A stretch of DNA of 63,805 nucleotides, the filler included, from Craspedostauros australis (Eukaryota), in assembly GCA_030167865.1 (NCBI GenBank). It is 21 parts of 21 records of this genome, joined end to end, with 100 filler letters (N's around TTAATTAATTAA, not from the genome) between each part and the next. Parts side by side here need not be neighbours in the genome. Positions count along the whole stretch, not along the records: positions 11,056 to 13,943 come from JALAGF010002831.1; positions 14,044 to 15,601 come from JALAGF010002833.1; positions 15,702 to 18,656 come from JALAGF010002834.1; positions 18,757 to 20,130 come from JALAGF010002835.1; positions 20,231 to 26,009 come from JALAGF010002836.1; 16 more parts are not named here. One strand, given 5' to 3'. The notes under the pieces are model-generated. The model did not search any database, was not told the DNA's origin, and saw only the letters and a program-made list of their open reading frames with translations. Shown one piece after another: positions 11,056 to 21,266 of this stretch; within the stretch, counting starts at the first letter, position 1, and the number at the start of each line of letters is the position of its first letter. The position numbers were made by a program, and so were the translations under genes.

Positions 11056-13615
11056 ACTGTTGGAGTTGGAGAGCACATGTTTGGTGATGTGTGTGGATGT
11101 TGCACTTGGTCGCGTTGAGTTGAGATGAGTTCGATTGACATCACTCATGGCGGAATACCTGATGCATCGAAACGCACCCTGATACCAACTGTGCTTGAAG
11201 TCTGCGTGAGCCACCCTCAGAGTTGGAGATGAAGTATCAGAAACCACGAACCAACCTTCGTATGCAGGATGGATCCGTTCGCATCGCATTTTGATGTGCG
11301 AAAGGTTGTCCCCATGGCGTTGCTGTTGCTTCGCCAGATCAACATGACATTGGCTTACTTCAGCCCGTGCCCTTGTCTGTTCCTTCGCTCTTGTTGTTGC
11401 TCTCACTCTCATTCTCATTCTCGCTTTTGATCTTGGGTTTGATCTTGTCCCGTGAATACCGGAGTGTCATCAGAGAGACACTTCACTTCACGTCGCATCG
11501 GAGCCTTGGCGCATCTTTCCATCACTCAGACTGTAATACCATGCACTCCAATCGTGCAGATATCTTCTGCAGTTTGTGGGAGGTTAGCGCGAAGGATCGG
11601 TGGATCAATGGAGCAACCTTTGCATGGAGTACTTGTAGTAGTACTCGTTCTTGCGCTCGTATGCAGGATTGATACGTTCGCACGTTGGGTTGATCGTGTC
11701 TGGAATTGCCATTGCTTTCGTGAGATTTCGCCGGCATATGTACCAGCAGAATGGCGGATTCCAAACTCGGAGCGTATCCTGTTGTGTTCCTTCGCTCTTG
11801 ATCTTGCTTTTGACCTTGATCATGTTCTAAGACGGTCTCGCAGCATCACGAGAGAGAGGCACTTCACTTCACATTGAAGAGGAGTGCGTGTTGCTGATTG
11901 TGAGTATCTGATTTGGTTTGTTGGTGGTTGGGGCGAAGCAGATCGGAGTGGCGATAGTTGCGTATGAAGCGAGTCAGCGAGTGGACCAACCATTTGTGCT
12001 CGCTGATGTTACCTTTTTGGAATAGAACAATATAAAACATATCTTGTCAATCCTTGTAGTGTAAATTGCATAATCGAAAGCAAAGAATGTTTCTTAAAGT
12101 TTATATTTTAAGTTTTATGGACCATCGAAGATATGGAGTCACTTGGGTCAAACAGAACAGTGCACCGTCTTTACTCTTGAAAATTTTTCTTTGGTGTTCT
12201 GTGCGAATAGCAGAAGGTGTCCACTCACGCTCTTGATTCCAGTTTCCTTCTCGCTTGTTCGTTGCAATGTCTATCGCAGAAGAATAGAAGTGGTCCGAAG
12301 AAGAACGTGATACCGGGTCCGTAAGACTTCAAATAGGCTATTATTCAAGAAACTAATTGCTCCTTGTAATAAAGACACTGCAAGGATTACAAATATATGA
12401 TTTCTTAGGTTGTTCCCTGATATGATATGAAGCCAAGATGTACCATACTTTTCGTTTACGAACTATGCCGGCTGGATGCAAAATCGAACGCAAGCGACGG
12501 TTGTGATTGGCTATTTTCAGGACAAACTTCTTCAAGTCGTGCATCCTGGGCTCAAGCCACAAATTTGTTGTTTCTTCGACGAAACTCGAACTCTGCGCAC
12601 GGCAAGTCATGGCAACAGCACTCTATCGTCAGCTACGACGTGAGTATGAAGCGCGACAGCGGTCCTCGCCTGCACACAATAAGAGAACCCTTGGAGATTG
12701 ACGAAACTGTAGCAACCACTCTTCCACTCGCTTGCGTTCTTGCCATGGTATTTGCAACACTCGCCACACCGCGATCTGATGGGGCTCCCGAAGCAGACGA
12801 GTTCCGAGCAGCCAAAGGAAGCAACACAAGGAGCAGCAACAACAGCATCGATGGAAGCGTCCAAAACCCACGCAAGTGATGGACAGGATGGCCTCGTGAG
12901 CGCATCCTCTACTGTGCATGGGCCAGCCAGTTCATACACAACGTGATATTTGATGCAGTGGCGGTTGCAGTTGTATCATGGCTTGCAAGGACATGACTTG
13001 TGCCTTGCTCGTTCATCGCATTGTCGCACCGAACTCAAAAGACGCGATTGATCATGCAGATGAGAAGTTGGAAGGAATGCTGAAGGGCAGCATGGCAGAA
13101 CCAGAAGAGATGAAAGTGGTGCTCAATCATGCTGGCAACATACTTGGCGCTATTTCGTGATCTCCCATTCGCTGCAGTCATTAGGCGATTATCGACTGGT
13201 GGTTTCGTTTGCAGCTGTGGCAATTAGTGAGAGCAGAGCAGAGTAGCCCATCGACCACTTCCATTGGCGTGATGGGGCAACAGAGAACAGACTAGCAAAA
13301 TAGCACAGCAACACATACTCAGAGTACATAGTGATTACGACTGCATGGTGAGTGCTTGTTGTATCAAGTGTTCTCGTTGAGCTAGAACACCATTGCGACG
13401 ATCCCAGCAATCGCCAATTGCAAAATTCAATGAAGCATCACCAGAAACACAATACAGAATATGACTACAGCGTCGTTGTTGTACCAGCAAACAGGCATCA
13501 GACCTGAAGAGTCTACTCGTGTTGTGTCATTCTGCTCGACAGCTATATCCAATTCACGCGGCTTCAACTGCTTCGTCGATCAAAAGGAAATCAACTCTGC
13601 TTCGGCATATGGTGC

Positions 13616-13943
13616 AGAAGAAAATCCGGATAGCTGGCCCCATGGTGGACCCGATGTAGATCTGGTCAAAGTTCTGTCACTGCTATTTTTCAGTAGTGAC
13701 GTCAAAAAGTTGGCAGCCAGTTGGGTGTTGGCAACCACCTGATTGTGCTCATTCTCGACGTTTCCGACGGCGACGTTGAGACACATGATCTTCGTTGTCT
13801 GGAACGTGATGGCGGCCTTGATCTCGTCGATCTTGCCTTGCATGTCATCTCCCAAGGCCAGAAGGGTTGGGAACTTGCCTTCCTTCGCCCAACCCGGTCA
13901 CAACAGACGCGGGTTCTGCTTGATCATGTTGGCGGAGGCGATG
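13616..13943 (-). pseudogene. RPL10A: 60S ribosomal protein L10a (uL1) pseudogene, 3' part
   Basis: IKQNPRLL*PG..GKFPTLL..KIDEIKA.I.FQ..KIMCLNVAVGNV..ANFL.SLLK. In-frame TGA at 13898-13900, then a frameshift and a second stop before QN..QIYI.STMGP. Confidence 0.85.
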
Positions 13944-15767
13944 NNNNNNNNNNNNNNNNNNNNNNNNNNNNNNNNNNNNNNNNNNNNTTAATTAATTAAN
14001 NNNNNNNNNNNNNNNNNNNNNNNNNNNNNNNNNNNNNNNNNNNTGCGAAGAACAGAGCAGGTGTGATTCAATGATGGCAAAGCAGCCTATTTGCACTCAT
14101 GACTGATACCACTGGTTGCCTGATCTGCGCACTGAATGAAGCAACACTGGCATGGCTGGAAAAGAGGTGACGCGAAGAAGTGTCGACAGCGTATGAGCAC
14201 GAACAGAAGCACCAAACAAGACTTGTGGTTGTTTTGCATGTATTCATAAGGGGGGCAGACACAAAGTATTCTATTGTATAATATGCTGGAGTAGAGCAGA
14301 GCCGAGTAGTGCAGAGTCTTTGTTCTGATATGAGCAAGAGCGTGAAGAGTACCAGCCAAAGCATTCATCATGCCATGCGTCGGTTTTGGGGTTGGTGCCA
14401 ACACATCGCCACACACCAAACTTGCGCTGTGTGCTCAAGTCGGCATGCGAAGAAATGTGCTGTTTGATTGCATTGCCACGTCTCCAGGACTGTTGCAATG
14501 CGTGTGGTGAAGTGCTGGCACGCTCTTCTCCTTCCACCACGCAGAGAACGTTCTGGCATTCCGTTCTCAGCCTCAACATGACATCCTGGCGAAAGGCGAG
14601 AACCAATACAGAGCATGTGAACGTAGAACACTATTGTTACAGATGTGGCAAAAAGAAACAATGCCCCTTGCATACTTATCCTGAGGGGAAGAGAACAACG
14701 TGCTTGTTGTAATTGTGGTGTTGTTCTTCTCCATGTCGTGCCTGCATGTGTTGTTGCAAGCAAAGCAGTGNNNNNNNNNNNNNNNNNNNNNNNNNNNNNN
14801 NNNNNNNNNNNNNNNNNNNNNNNNNNNNNNNNNNNNNNNCTCACATGGGAGCATGCGTTTGTTCCGAACACAATTTTCAATGTGTTTCGAAAACTGGTTG
14901 GTCACGATGCAGCAACAAACACGATTGTTGATGTGCTTCAAAAGTGCGCGACAGACCTGCGTTGGTGCCCAAGTTGCTGCCCGCACACCGCTTTGTGCAC
15001 CTGATTGCTTGCGTCATTGCGCATGCGCAGTAAATGCACGACGTGTGTACCTGTGCAAGTGCGGGGGAAGTGGATGCGCACGGAAAGCACACGTGCAGTG
15101 TGTGGCGCAGAAATCCCCAACACGTCTCCTGATGTGTGCATCGCGGTGTATTTCCCCAACTCCATGCATCTTCGCTTCATCCACGCAATTCCCAACGATG
15201 GCCATTCATCGGTGCATCCGCACAATTCCCACGACATCACTGCGACACTATTTGGTCATGACTATGACATAAGTTGTATTCTGTATCTAGACAATACTGA
15301 ATAGACTAACATCATTGATCACTCAAAAGAATCATAAAACGAAGAAAAGAATGATCTTATTCAATTTCATCGCTATCTAATGGCCAAGAACACTAGTAAT
15401 TTATTTGATCCTCTGTTGTTTATTGCTTAACAGCATTGAAAGTTAAAGTGGAAGTGACACTGTGATGGCAAGAGGCGGGATCGGATTCATGTCGTATCGG
15501 ACTTATACAAGACATGTAAAAGACATATTTTTGCATCAAAATGCGAGACGACCCGGATGTGCAGAGAATGTGCAAATTGAAGGGAAGGTGTTGGCAAATG
15601 TNNNNNNNNNNNNNNNNNNNNNNNNNNNNNNNNNNNNNNNNNNNNTTAATTAATTAANNNNNNNNNNNNNNNNNNNNNNNNNNNNNNNNNNNNNNNNNNN
15701 NTGGCCTACCGTGGTGATGACGGGTAACGGGGGATTAGGGTTTGATTCCGGAGAGGGGGCCTGAGAG

Positions 15768-15926
15768 GTACGTTTCCTTGTTTTCTTGCTTTCTCATTAC
15801 ACCAAATCACTTGGTGTGCGAAGATCTTCAATGAAATCGATTCAATTCAATCAATTCAATCAATCATCTCACACATACATATTATATCCTCCCCTTCTTT
15901 TCACAATAACATTCCAACAATTACAG
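15768..15926 (+). other. 18S intron 1 (159 nt)
   Basis: GTACGT...TTACAG with pyrimidine-rich 3' part. Confidence 0.92.
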
Positions 15927-15987
15927 ACGGCCACCACATCCAAGGAAGGCAGCAGGCGCGTAAATTACCCAATTTCGACACGAAGAG

Positions 15988-16155
15988 GTACGTACAACTT
16001 GAACCGACCAAACCAAGTCAAAGTAGATACAACACATCACATCGATCCATAGTAAAAGCATGCATACATATATATATACAACACCCACTCACACATCCAT
16101 TCCTATTCATACACCATTTCCCTCCCTTACCCTTTCCCATCTCTAACAACTTCAG
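15988..16155 (+). other. 18S intron 2 (168 nt)
   Basis: GTACGT...CTCTAAC..TTCAG. Confidence 0.92.
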
Positions 16156-16255
16156 GTAGTGACAATAAATAACAATGCCGGGCCTTTCTAGGTCTGGCAA
16201 TTGGAATGAGAACAATTTAAATCTCTTATCGAGGATCAATTGGAGGGCAAGTCTG

Positions 16256-16607
16256 GTAAGTAACAGCGACAGTACCAGCGACAGTACCAGCGACAGTACC
16301 AGCGACAGTACCAGCGACAGTACCAGCGACAGTACCAGCGACAGTACCAGCGACAGTACCAGCGACAGTACCAGCGACAGTACCAGCGACAGTACCAGCG
16401 ACAGTACCAGCGACAGTACCAGCGACAGTACCAGCGACAGTACCAGGAACAGCAACAGCAACAGCAACAACTGACGTGGCACAACACGCACAGCGATCAA
16501 CCAAACCGAAAACAAACAACCAAACTAACAAACTTTTTCGATCATTCATTGACTTCTCTCAATACACACTATCACTATCACCACTATCATTGCCCTTGCA
16601 ATCACAG
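16256..16607 (+). other. 18S intron 3 (352 nt, contains minisatellite)
   Basis: GTAAGT...ACTAAC...TCACAG. Confidence 0.92.
16264..16443 (+). repeat. perfect 12-bp tandem repeat (CAGCGACAGTAC)x15 inside 18S intron 3
   Basis: Directly visible; followed by short CAGCAA repeats. Confidence 0.97.
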
Positions 16608-16627
16608 GTGCCAGCAGCCGCGGTAAT

Positions 16628-16808
16628 GTAAGTAACACCCCAAGAATCTGTGACACTGTGGCGTGTCATCGTCGGAATAAAGTCTTGGACCAATAGATCA
16701 GCCAGCAGCCAATCATACATATACTCACACATACGCAACCATATCTACTCTACTCTACTCTACTCTACCCTACCCTACCCTACCCTCTGTCACTTTTGGA
16801 AACTACAG
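16628..16808 (+). other. 18S intron 4 (181 nt)
   Basis: GTAAGT...CTACAG; (TCTAC)n/(CCTAC)n tract. Confidence 0.92.
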
Positions 16809-17133
16809 TCCAGCTCCAATAGCGTATACTAATGTTGTTGCAGTTAAAAAGTTCGTAGTTGGATTTTTGGCAGACGTTGGCGGCCTGACACTTAGTGTTT
16901 GTGCTTGCCGACGTCGCCATCCTTGGGTGGAACCTGTGTGGCATTCAGTTGTCGTGCAGGGGATGCCCATCATTTACTGTGAGAAAATTAGAGTGTTCAA
17001 AGCAGGCTTATGCCGTTGAATATCTTAGCATGGAATAATAAGATAGGGCCTTGGTACTATTTTGTTGGTTTGCGCACTAAGGTAATGATTAAGGAGAACA
17101 GTTGGGGGCATTCGTATTCCATTGTCAGAGGTG

Positions 17134-17371
17134 GTAAGTACTATATTACGCAATACATTGCGATACATTGCATTATGCATTGCAATATGCATTGCAGCAT
17201 ACTGGTCTAGATTCAACTAGACTAGACTATAACGACGCACAGCACCGTATCTCGAGACCAGCAGACACAAGAAACCATTCACTCACACAACATTATCCAT
17301 CTTCACTCCACTTCACTCCACTCCACTCTATAACATGGACTCGTCATCATTCAACTTCCTTCTCTCCACAG
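17134..17371 (+). other. 18S intron 5 (238 nt)
   Basis: GTAAGT...CTTCCTTCTCTCCACAG. Confidence 0.92.
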
Positions 17372-17469
17372 AAATTCTTGGATTTCTGGAAGACGAACTA
17401 CTGCGAAAGCATTTGTCAAGGATGTTTTTATCAATCAAGATCGAAAGTCAGGGGATCGAAGATGATCAG

Positions 17470-17678
17470 GTACGTTCAAATCATTGCTACCACGCTATAT
17501 GCTACGCCTGTATGCTATGCACCAGGCATAGCCACTCTTGCAACTCTCTCGAACTATTGCACGACACGACATCACACGACATGGCACTAACCTAATATCC
17601 AACATCACTCCATCTTCATTTCCGTCTCCATCTCTTCCACATGTTCTACATTCCACACCTTGCTCCTCGAATTATCAG
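17470..17678 (+). other. 18S intron 6 (209 nt)
   Basis: GTACGT...ACTAAC...TATCAG. Confidence 0.92.
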
Positions 17679-17782
17679 ATACCATCGTAGTCTTGACCAT
17701 AAACTATGCCGACAAGGGATTGGTGGGGTTTCGTTTAGTCCTCATCAGCACCTTACGAGAAATCATAAGTCTTTGGGTTCCG

Positions 17783-18022
17783 GTAAGTCCGCAATTGGAG
17801 TGGCGACAGATGTGCATCTACGCTTTGCTGCTGCTCTGCGTAGTTGGGACACTCTGCTTCTGGACTGCACATGTTCAATTTCAATCTCATGAGCACACAC
17901 ACATCCAACCCGACGCAAACAAACGATCCAACTAACCACATTCTGTTCTGCTCTTTTCCTCCCAAAACTACATTCCGACACGAATCAATCGATCACTCGA
18001 CTCAACTCAACTTGACTTGCAG
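17783..18022 (+). other. 18S intron 7 (240 nt)
   Basis: GTAAGT...ACTAAC...TTGCAG. Confidence 0.92.
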
Positions 18023-18033
18023 GGGGGAGTATG

Positions 18034-18238
18034 GTAAGTTAACTGAAGCTCTGCTGCTGCTGCCGATCGAAGCATATTGACATAAACGCCAAGCGCGGCA
18101 GATAGATGGATTAATACAATACAATACAATACAGACAGACGATCAAATTGAACTCATGACCCCGATACTTACCTATTCCATTCCAATTCCCTCTTTCCCT
18201 CCTTCTTGGCTCTCCATTTACTACGATTACAATTACAG
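18034..18238 (+). other. 18S intron 8 (205 nt)
   Basis: GTAAGT...polypyrimidine...TTACAG. Confidence 0.92.
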
Positions 18239-18284
18239 GTCGCAAGGCTGAAACTTAAAGAAATTGACGGAAGGGCACCACCAG

Positions 18285-18486
18285 GTACGTTTCATCATCA
18301 TCTTTAACTGCTTCTACGCCAACGACGACCAGTATTCGAGATTGATACTGACACGCCATGAAATTCATGACGACCACATCATCTCACAAAATCCTTTCTC
18401 TTCCTATCCACGACATTACATTACATTACATCACATTACATTGACTGGCTCATCGACCCATCACATCCTCCTCTTTCATCTTACAG
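18285..18486 (+). other. 18S intron 9 (202 nt)
   Basis: GTACGT...TTACAG. Confidence 0.92.
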
Positions 18487-18520
18487 GAGTGGAGCTTGCG
18501 GCTTAATTTGACTCAACACG

Positions 18521-18656
18521 GTAAGTTTGATTCCACTACATTATCTTTATTTTTTAGAAATTAAAGAAGGAACAAACAAACACTCTGATTTATGAGACAA
18601 AACGATCGATGGCGTATCACTCACACTTAATTTCTTCCACAACTTCCCTCCGACTC
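18521..18656 (+). other. 18S intron 10 (3' end lost in gap)
   Basis: rRNA homology stops at CTCAACACG and is followed by GTAAGT; acceptor not visible. Confidence 0.8.
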
Positions 18657-18756
18657 NNNNNNNNNNNNNNNNNNNNNNNNNNNNNNNNNNNNNNNNNNNN
18701 TTAATTAATTAANNNNNNNNNNNNNNNNNNNNNNNNNNNNNNNNNNNNNNNNNNNN

Positions 18757-20130
18757 GTTATCACCAAACATCCAGCTGGGACCGTCGATGGGAATGCCCA
18801 TCTCGCGGAGAGCGAGACGGAGAGAGATGATCTGTTCGGTAGCCTGCCTGGCGGCGACGAACTCAGATCCGTAGGTTGCGGTCTCGACAGTAGCCTGGCG
18901 CTTGCTGAACCACTCGATGGGAGTCTGGTTAACAAGATGGAGAACGCCGGTTGCGGACCTGCCAGTGACCTTGCAGTGGAGGAGGTTGGCATCCACGAAA
19001 GTTGTGGTGCGGACGATCGCGCCTTTCGGAGTGGGCACATCTGGGTCGGTTTCCTCCTGTGTTTTCCCGTACACGGAGTAGAGCCAGTCGTGTTTGGGGA
19101 CCACAAAACTCTTTTCATGATCGGGAACCCCGGTACGGAACCGGATGGCGGCATCGGGATGTTTGCGCAGGTACCCGTAGACGCGTTGAGCGCGCTCGAG
19201 GTGACCTTTGCGAGGAGCGGCACGGAAGCGTGCGAGGGTCATGACAGCGACAGAGATGTCGAACCGTCCAAGGGTGATGCACCATTGTAGAGCCCCGATC
19301 AGCGACATGAACTTGCGTTTGTCGATTTCAGAGAGCTCTGGTGAAGTGTCGAGTTCCGGGCTGTCGGAATGGTCGAGAGGGCAGCTGGCCTTCGTGGGGG
19401 CACAGCCGAACATGCGCTCGTAGTTNCCGAGCATGCGCTTGATGTACGATTGCGGGCTCATTTTCATGGTGCCATCGCTATCGCGACCGAAGTCTGCGCC
19501 GAGGTGGTATTTGACGGGTCCGACACCCTTCAGCTTGTATCCATAGACGGAAGTGAGGGTATCGAAGAAGGCTTGAGGGTCCTTCATGGTGGCCATGAGG
19601 TCGTCCACGTAAACGCAGACGTACTCCCAATGGTCACCACCGTCGCGCATCCACACATCAGGGTCAGATCTGCATTGGAAGAATTGCAGGTCCCTGAGTG
19701 TGTCCGCGAGCGCTTCGTGGAAGCGTGCGCCGGAAGTGCGGAGGCCGTAGAGTGCCTTCACGATTTGCATCGTGTGGCCGGCCTTGTCTCCGAACTCGTC
19801 TCCAGCGACAAAGCAGATACGTTCCTTGGTGTAGGCTTCCAAGTACGCGTTGCCAATGTCGCCGACCATGGTCTGAAGCCCGTTCATCTCCCCAGCGAGT
19901 AGTGCGAGGCGGAGGGAACGGAGGCTGACGACTCCAGCGTAGGCTGTGTCTTTGCATGGCGCTGTCAGGTGGCCGCCAGCGACGCATCTGGCCTTGTGAC
20001 GCAGATCGTGCTTCACGGCGTATACCCATTGCAACCGAATCTTCTGGAACCCATCGGGTACCTTGGCATGGTATCCGAGGGTCTTGAAGGTCTCGTAGCT
20101 CGTGAGCTGGTCCATTTCCTTGCGCTCGGC
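18757..20130 (-). mobile_element. Ty1/copia (diatom CoDi-type) pol fragment: RT and RNase H
   Basis: KARCVAGGH, KALYGLRTSG, VYVDD, TFVDANL, SKRQATVETATYGSEF; frame open across the contig. Confidence 0.95.
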
Positions 20131-20230
20131 NNNNNNNNNNNNNNNNNNNNNNNNNNNNNNNNNNNNNNNNNNNNTTAATTAATTAANNNNNNNNNNNNNN
20201 NNNNNNNNNNNNNNNNNNNNNNNNNNNNNN

Positions 20231-20645
20231 ATGTCGACGTGGTGACATGTTGACATCCTGTCGATGTCAGTAGGCGTCCTTCTGCTCTCCAGATGTCACG
20301 TTCCATTGGTGATGAAGTAGTCTGTCAGATGATATCGTCATCTGAGGTTTAGTTGGGAAGTACCTCGAGATTCTCTTGGTACCATTGATGGATGGACGGA
20401 CGATTATTCCAATTCTCTCAGAAATCGTCAATTGCAAATTTCCTCCAGAAATCTTGCTCCTTTTCGTGTGTTCCATTTCCGCTGTGATTCTGACAAATCA
20501 CAGCATACTATTGACACGAATGTAGTTATACCGTCCAAGTGCGTATGAGAGAATAACGGGTGAACGATGCACATATACTCGTACATCTCGACATATACTC
20601 ACATGTACATCTCGACAGGACGACGGACAGACTAAAGGCGTGACA
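20231..20645 (-). repeat. LTR family R, 5' part (starts TGTCACG on minus), abutting another LTR
   Basis: Reverse complement matches 26110-26430 and 56720-57090. Confidence 0.75.
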
Positions 20646-21259
20646 TGTTTTGAGATGATTGACGAACCAACATGGCGAACAATGGATGCGAAAGGGAGAC
20701 TGGAGCACCGAAGTGTTCCAAGCACGTGGGTTGACCAGTCGAACCGAAACATCTATGCGAGAACGCTATCACTGTTGTATCAATCAGAACTCAGAACATG
20801 ATTACGTGACTGATAGAGAACCACCGAAGGAGAACAAAGCGCGGACTGGAATATCATCGAAGGACTGGACTGATCATGCCAGAACTCCATGTTCTGAACA
20901 AGTGTGACTACCAGTGAACATGTGAGAAGAGTGAGTGAACAACACGAAAGAGTGCACTGAATGAGTGATGGATGCCTGATGAGAAGAGAGTGAATCGAGC
21001 ATTGGCATGCATGCATCTCAGGAGTGTAGGAGGGCACCTCTATGAACAAGTATGATGAAATGCACTTGTCATGAGCAGTGAGATGCGAATGAAGGAGAGG
21101 GTTTGTTACAATGATTGCAAGGGGCAACTACAGGGGGCCATCGGCATCATGGTGAGCAAACGAATTGAGGAGTTGAGAAATGAAGGTGTTGTTTTCACAG
21201 TTCTAAAACGGTACAGTTTAATAAGCATTAGACTATATCTATACCCCGAATTTCCAACA
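20646..21259 (+). repeat. 3' portion of another LTR ending CCCCGAATTTCCAACA
   Basis: Terminal CACAGTTCTAAAACGGTACAG..TTTCCAACA shared with the LTR at 58245-58340 (minus). Confidence 0.6.
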
Positions 21260-21266
21260 CATATCC

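Larger units (their letters stand above)
15702..18656 (+). rRNA. 18S rRNA: nuclear 18S rRNA gene (partial), interrupted by 10 spliceosomal-type introns; exons 15702-15767, 15927-15987, 16156-16255, 16608-16627, 16809-17133, 17372-17469, 17679-17782, 18023-18033, 18239-18284, 18487-18520
   Basis: Joined exons give continuous SSU motifs: CCTGAGAG|ACGG, GAG|GTAGTGACAA, GTCTG|GTGCCAGCAGCCGCGGTAAT|TCCAGCTCC, GAGGTG|AAATTCTTGG, ATCAG|ATACC, TTCCG|GGGGGAGTATG|GTCGCAAGG, CACCAG|GAGTGGAG. V4 region is raphid-pennate-like. Confidence 0.97.

Noticed and set aside
14044..15600. Cys/His-rich short ORFs as a DNA-transposon remnant
   Set aside because: No catalytic motif or terminal repeats that I can support
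16264..16443. CRISPR-like array
   Set aside because: No spacers; eukaryotic context; no cas genes
16018..16549. ORFs with SDST/VLSL/VAGT/YCRW repeats
   Set aside because: Translations of the 12-bp minisatellite inside an rRNA intron, overlapping rRNA exons
15768..18656. Group I or group II identity for the rDNA insertions
   Set aside because: Short, low-complexity, GT..CAG ends with U2-type donors; preceding exon base is usually G, not U; no catalytic core or ORF visible
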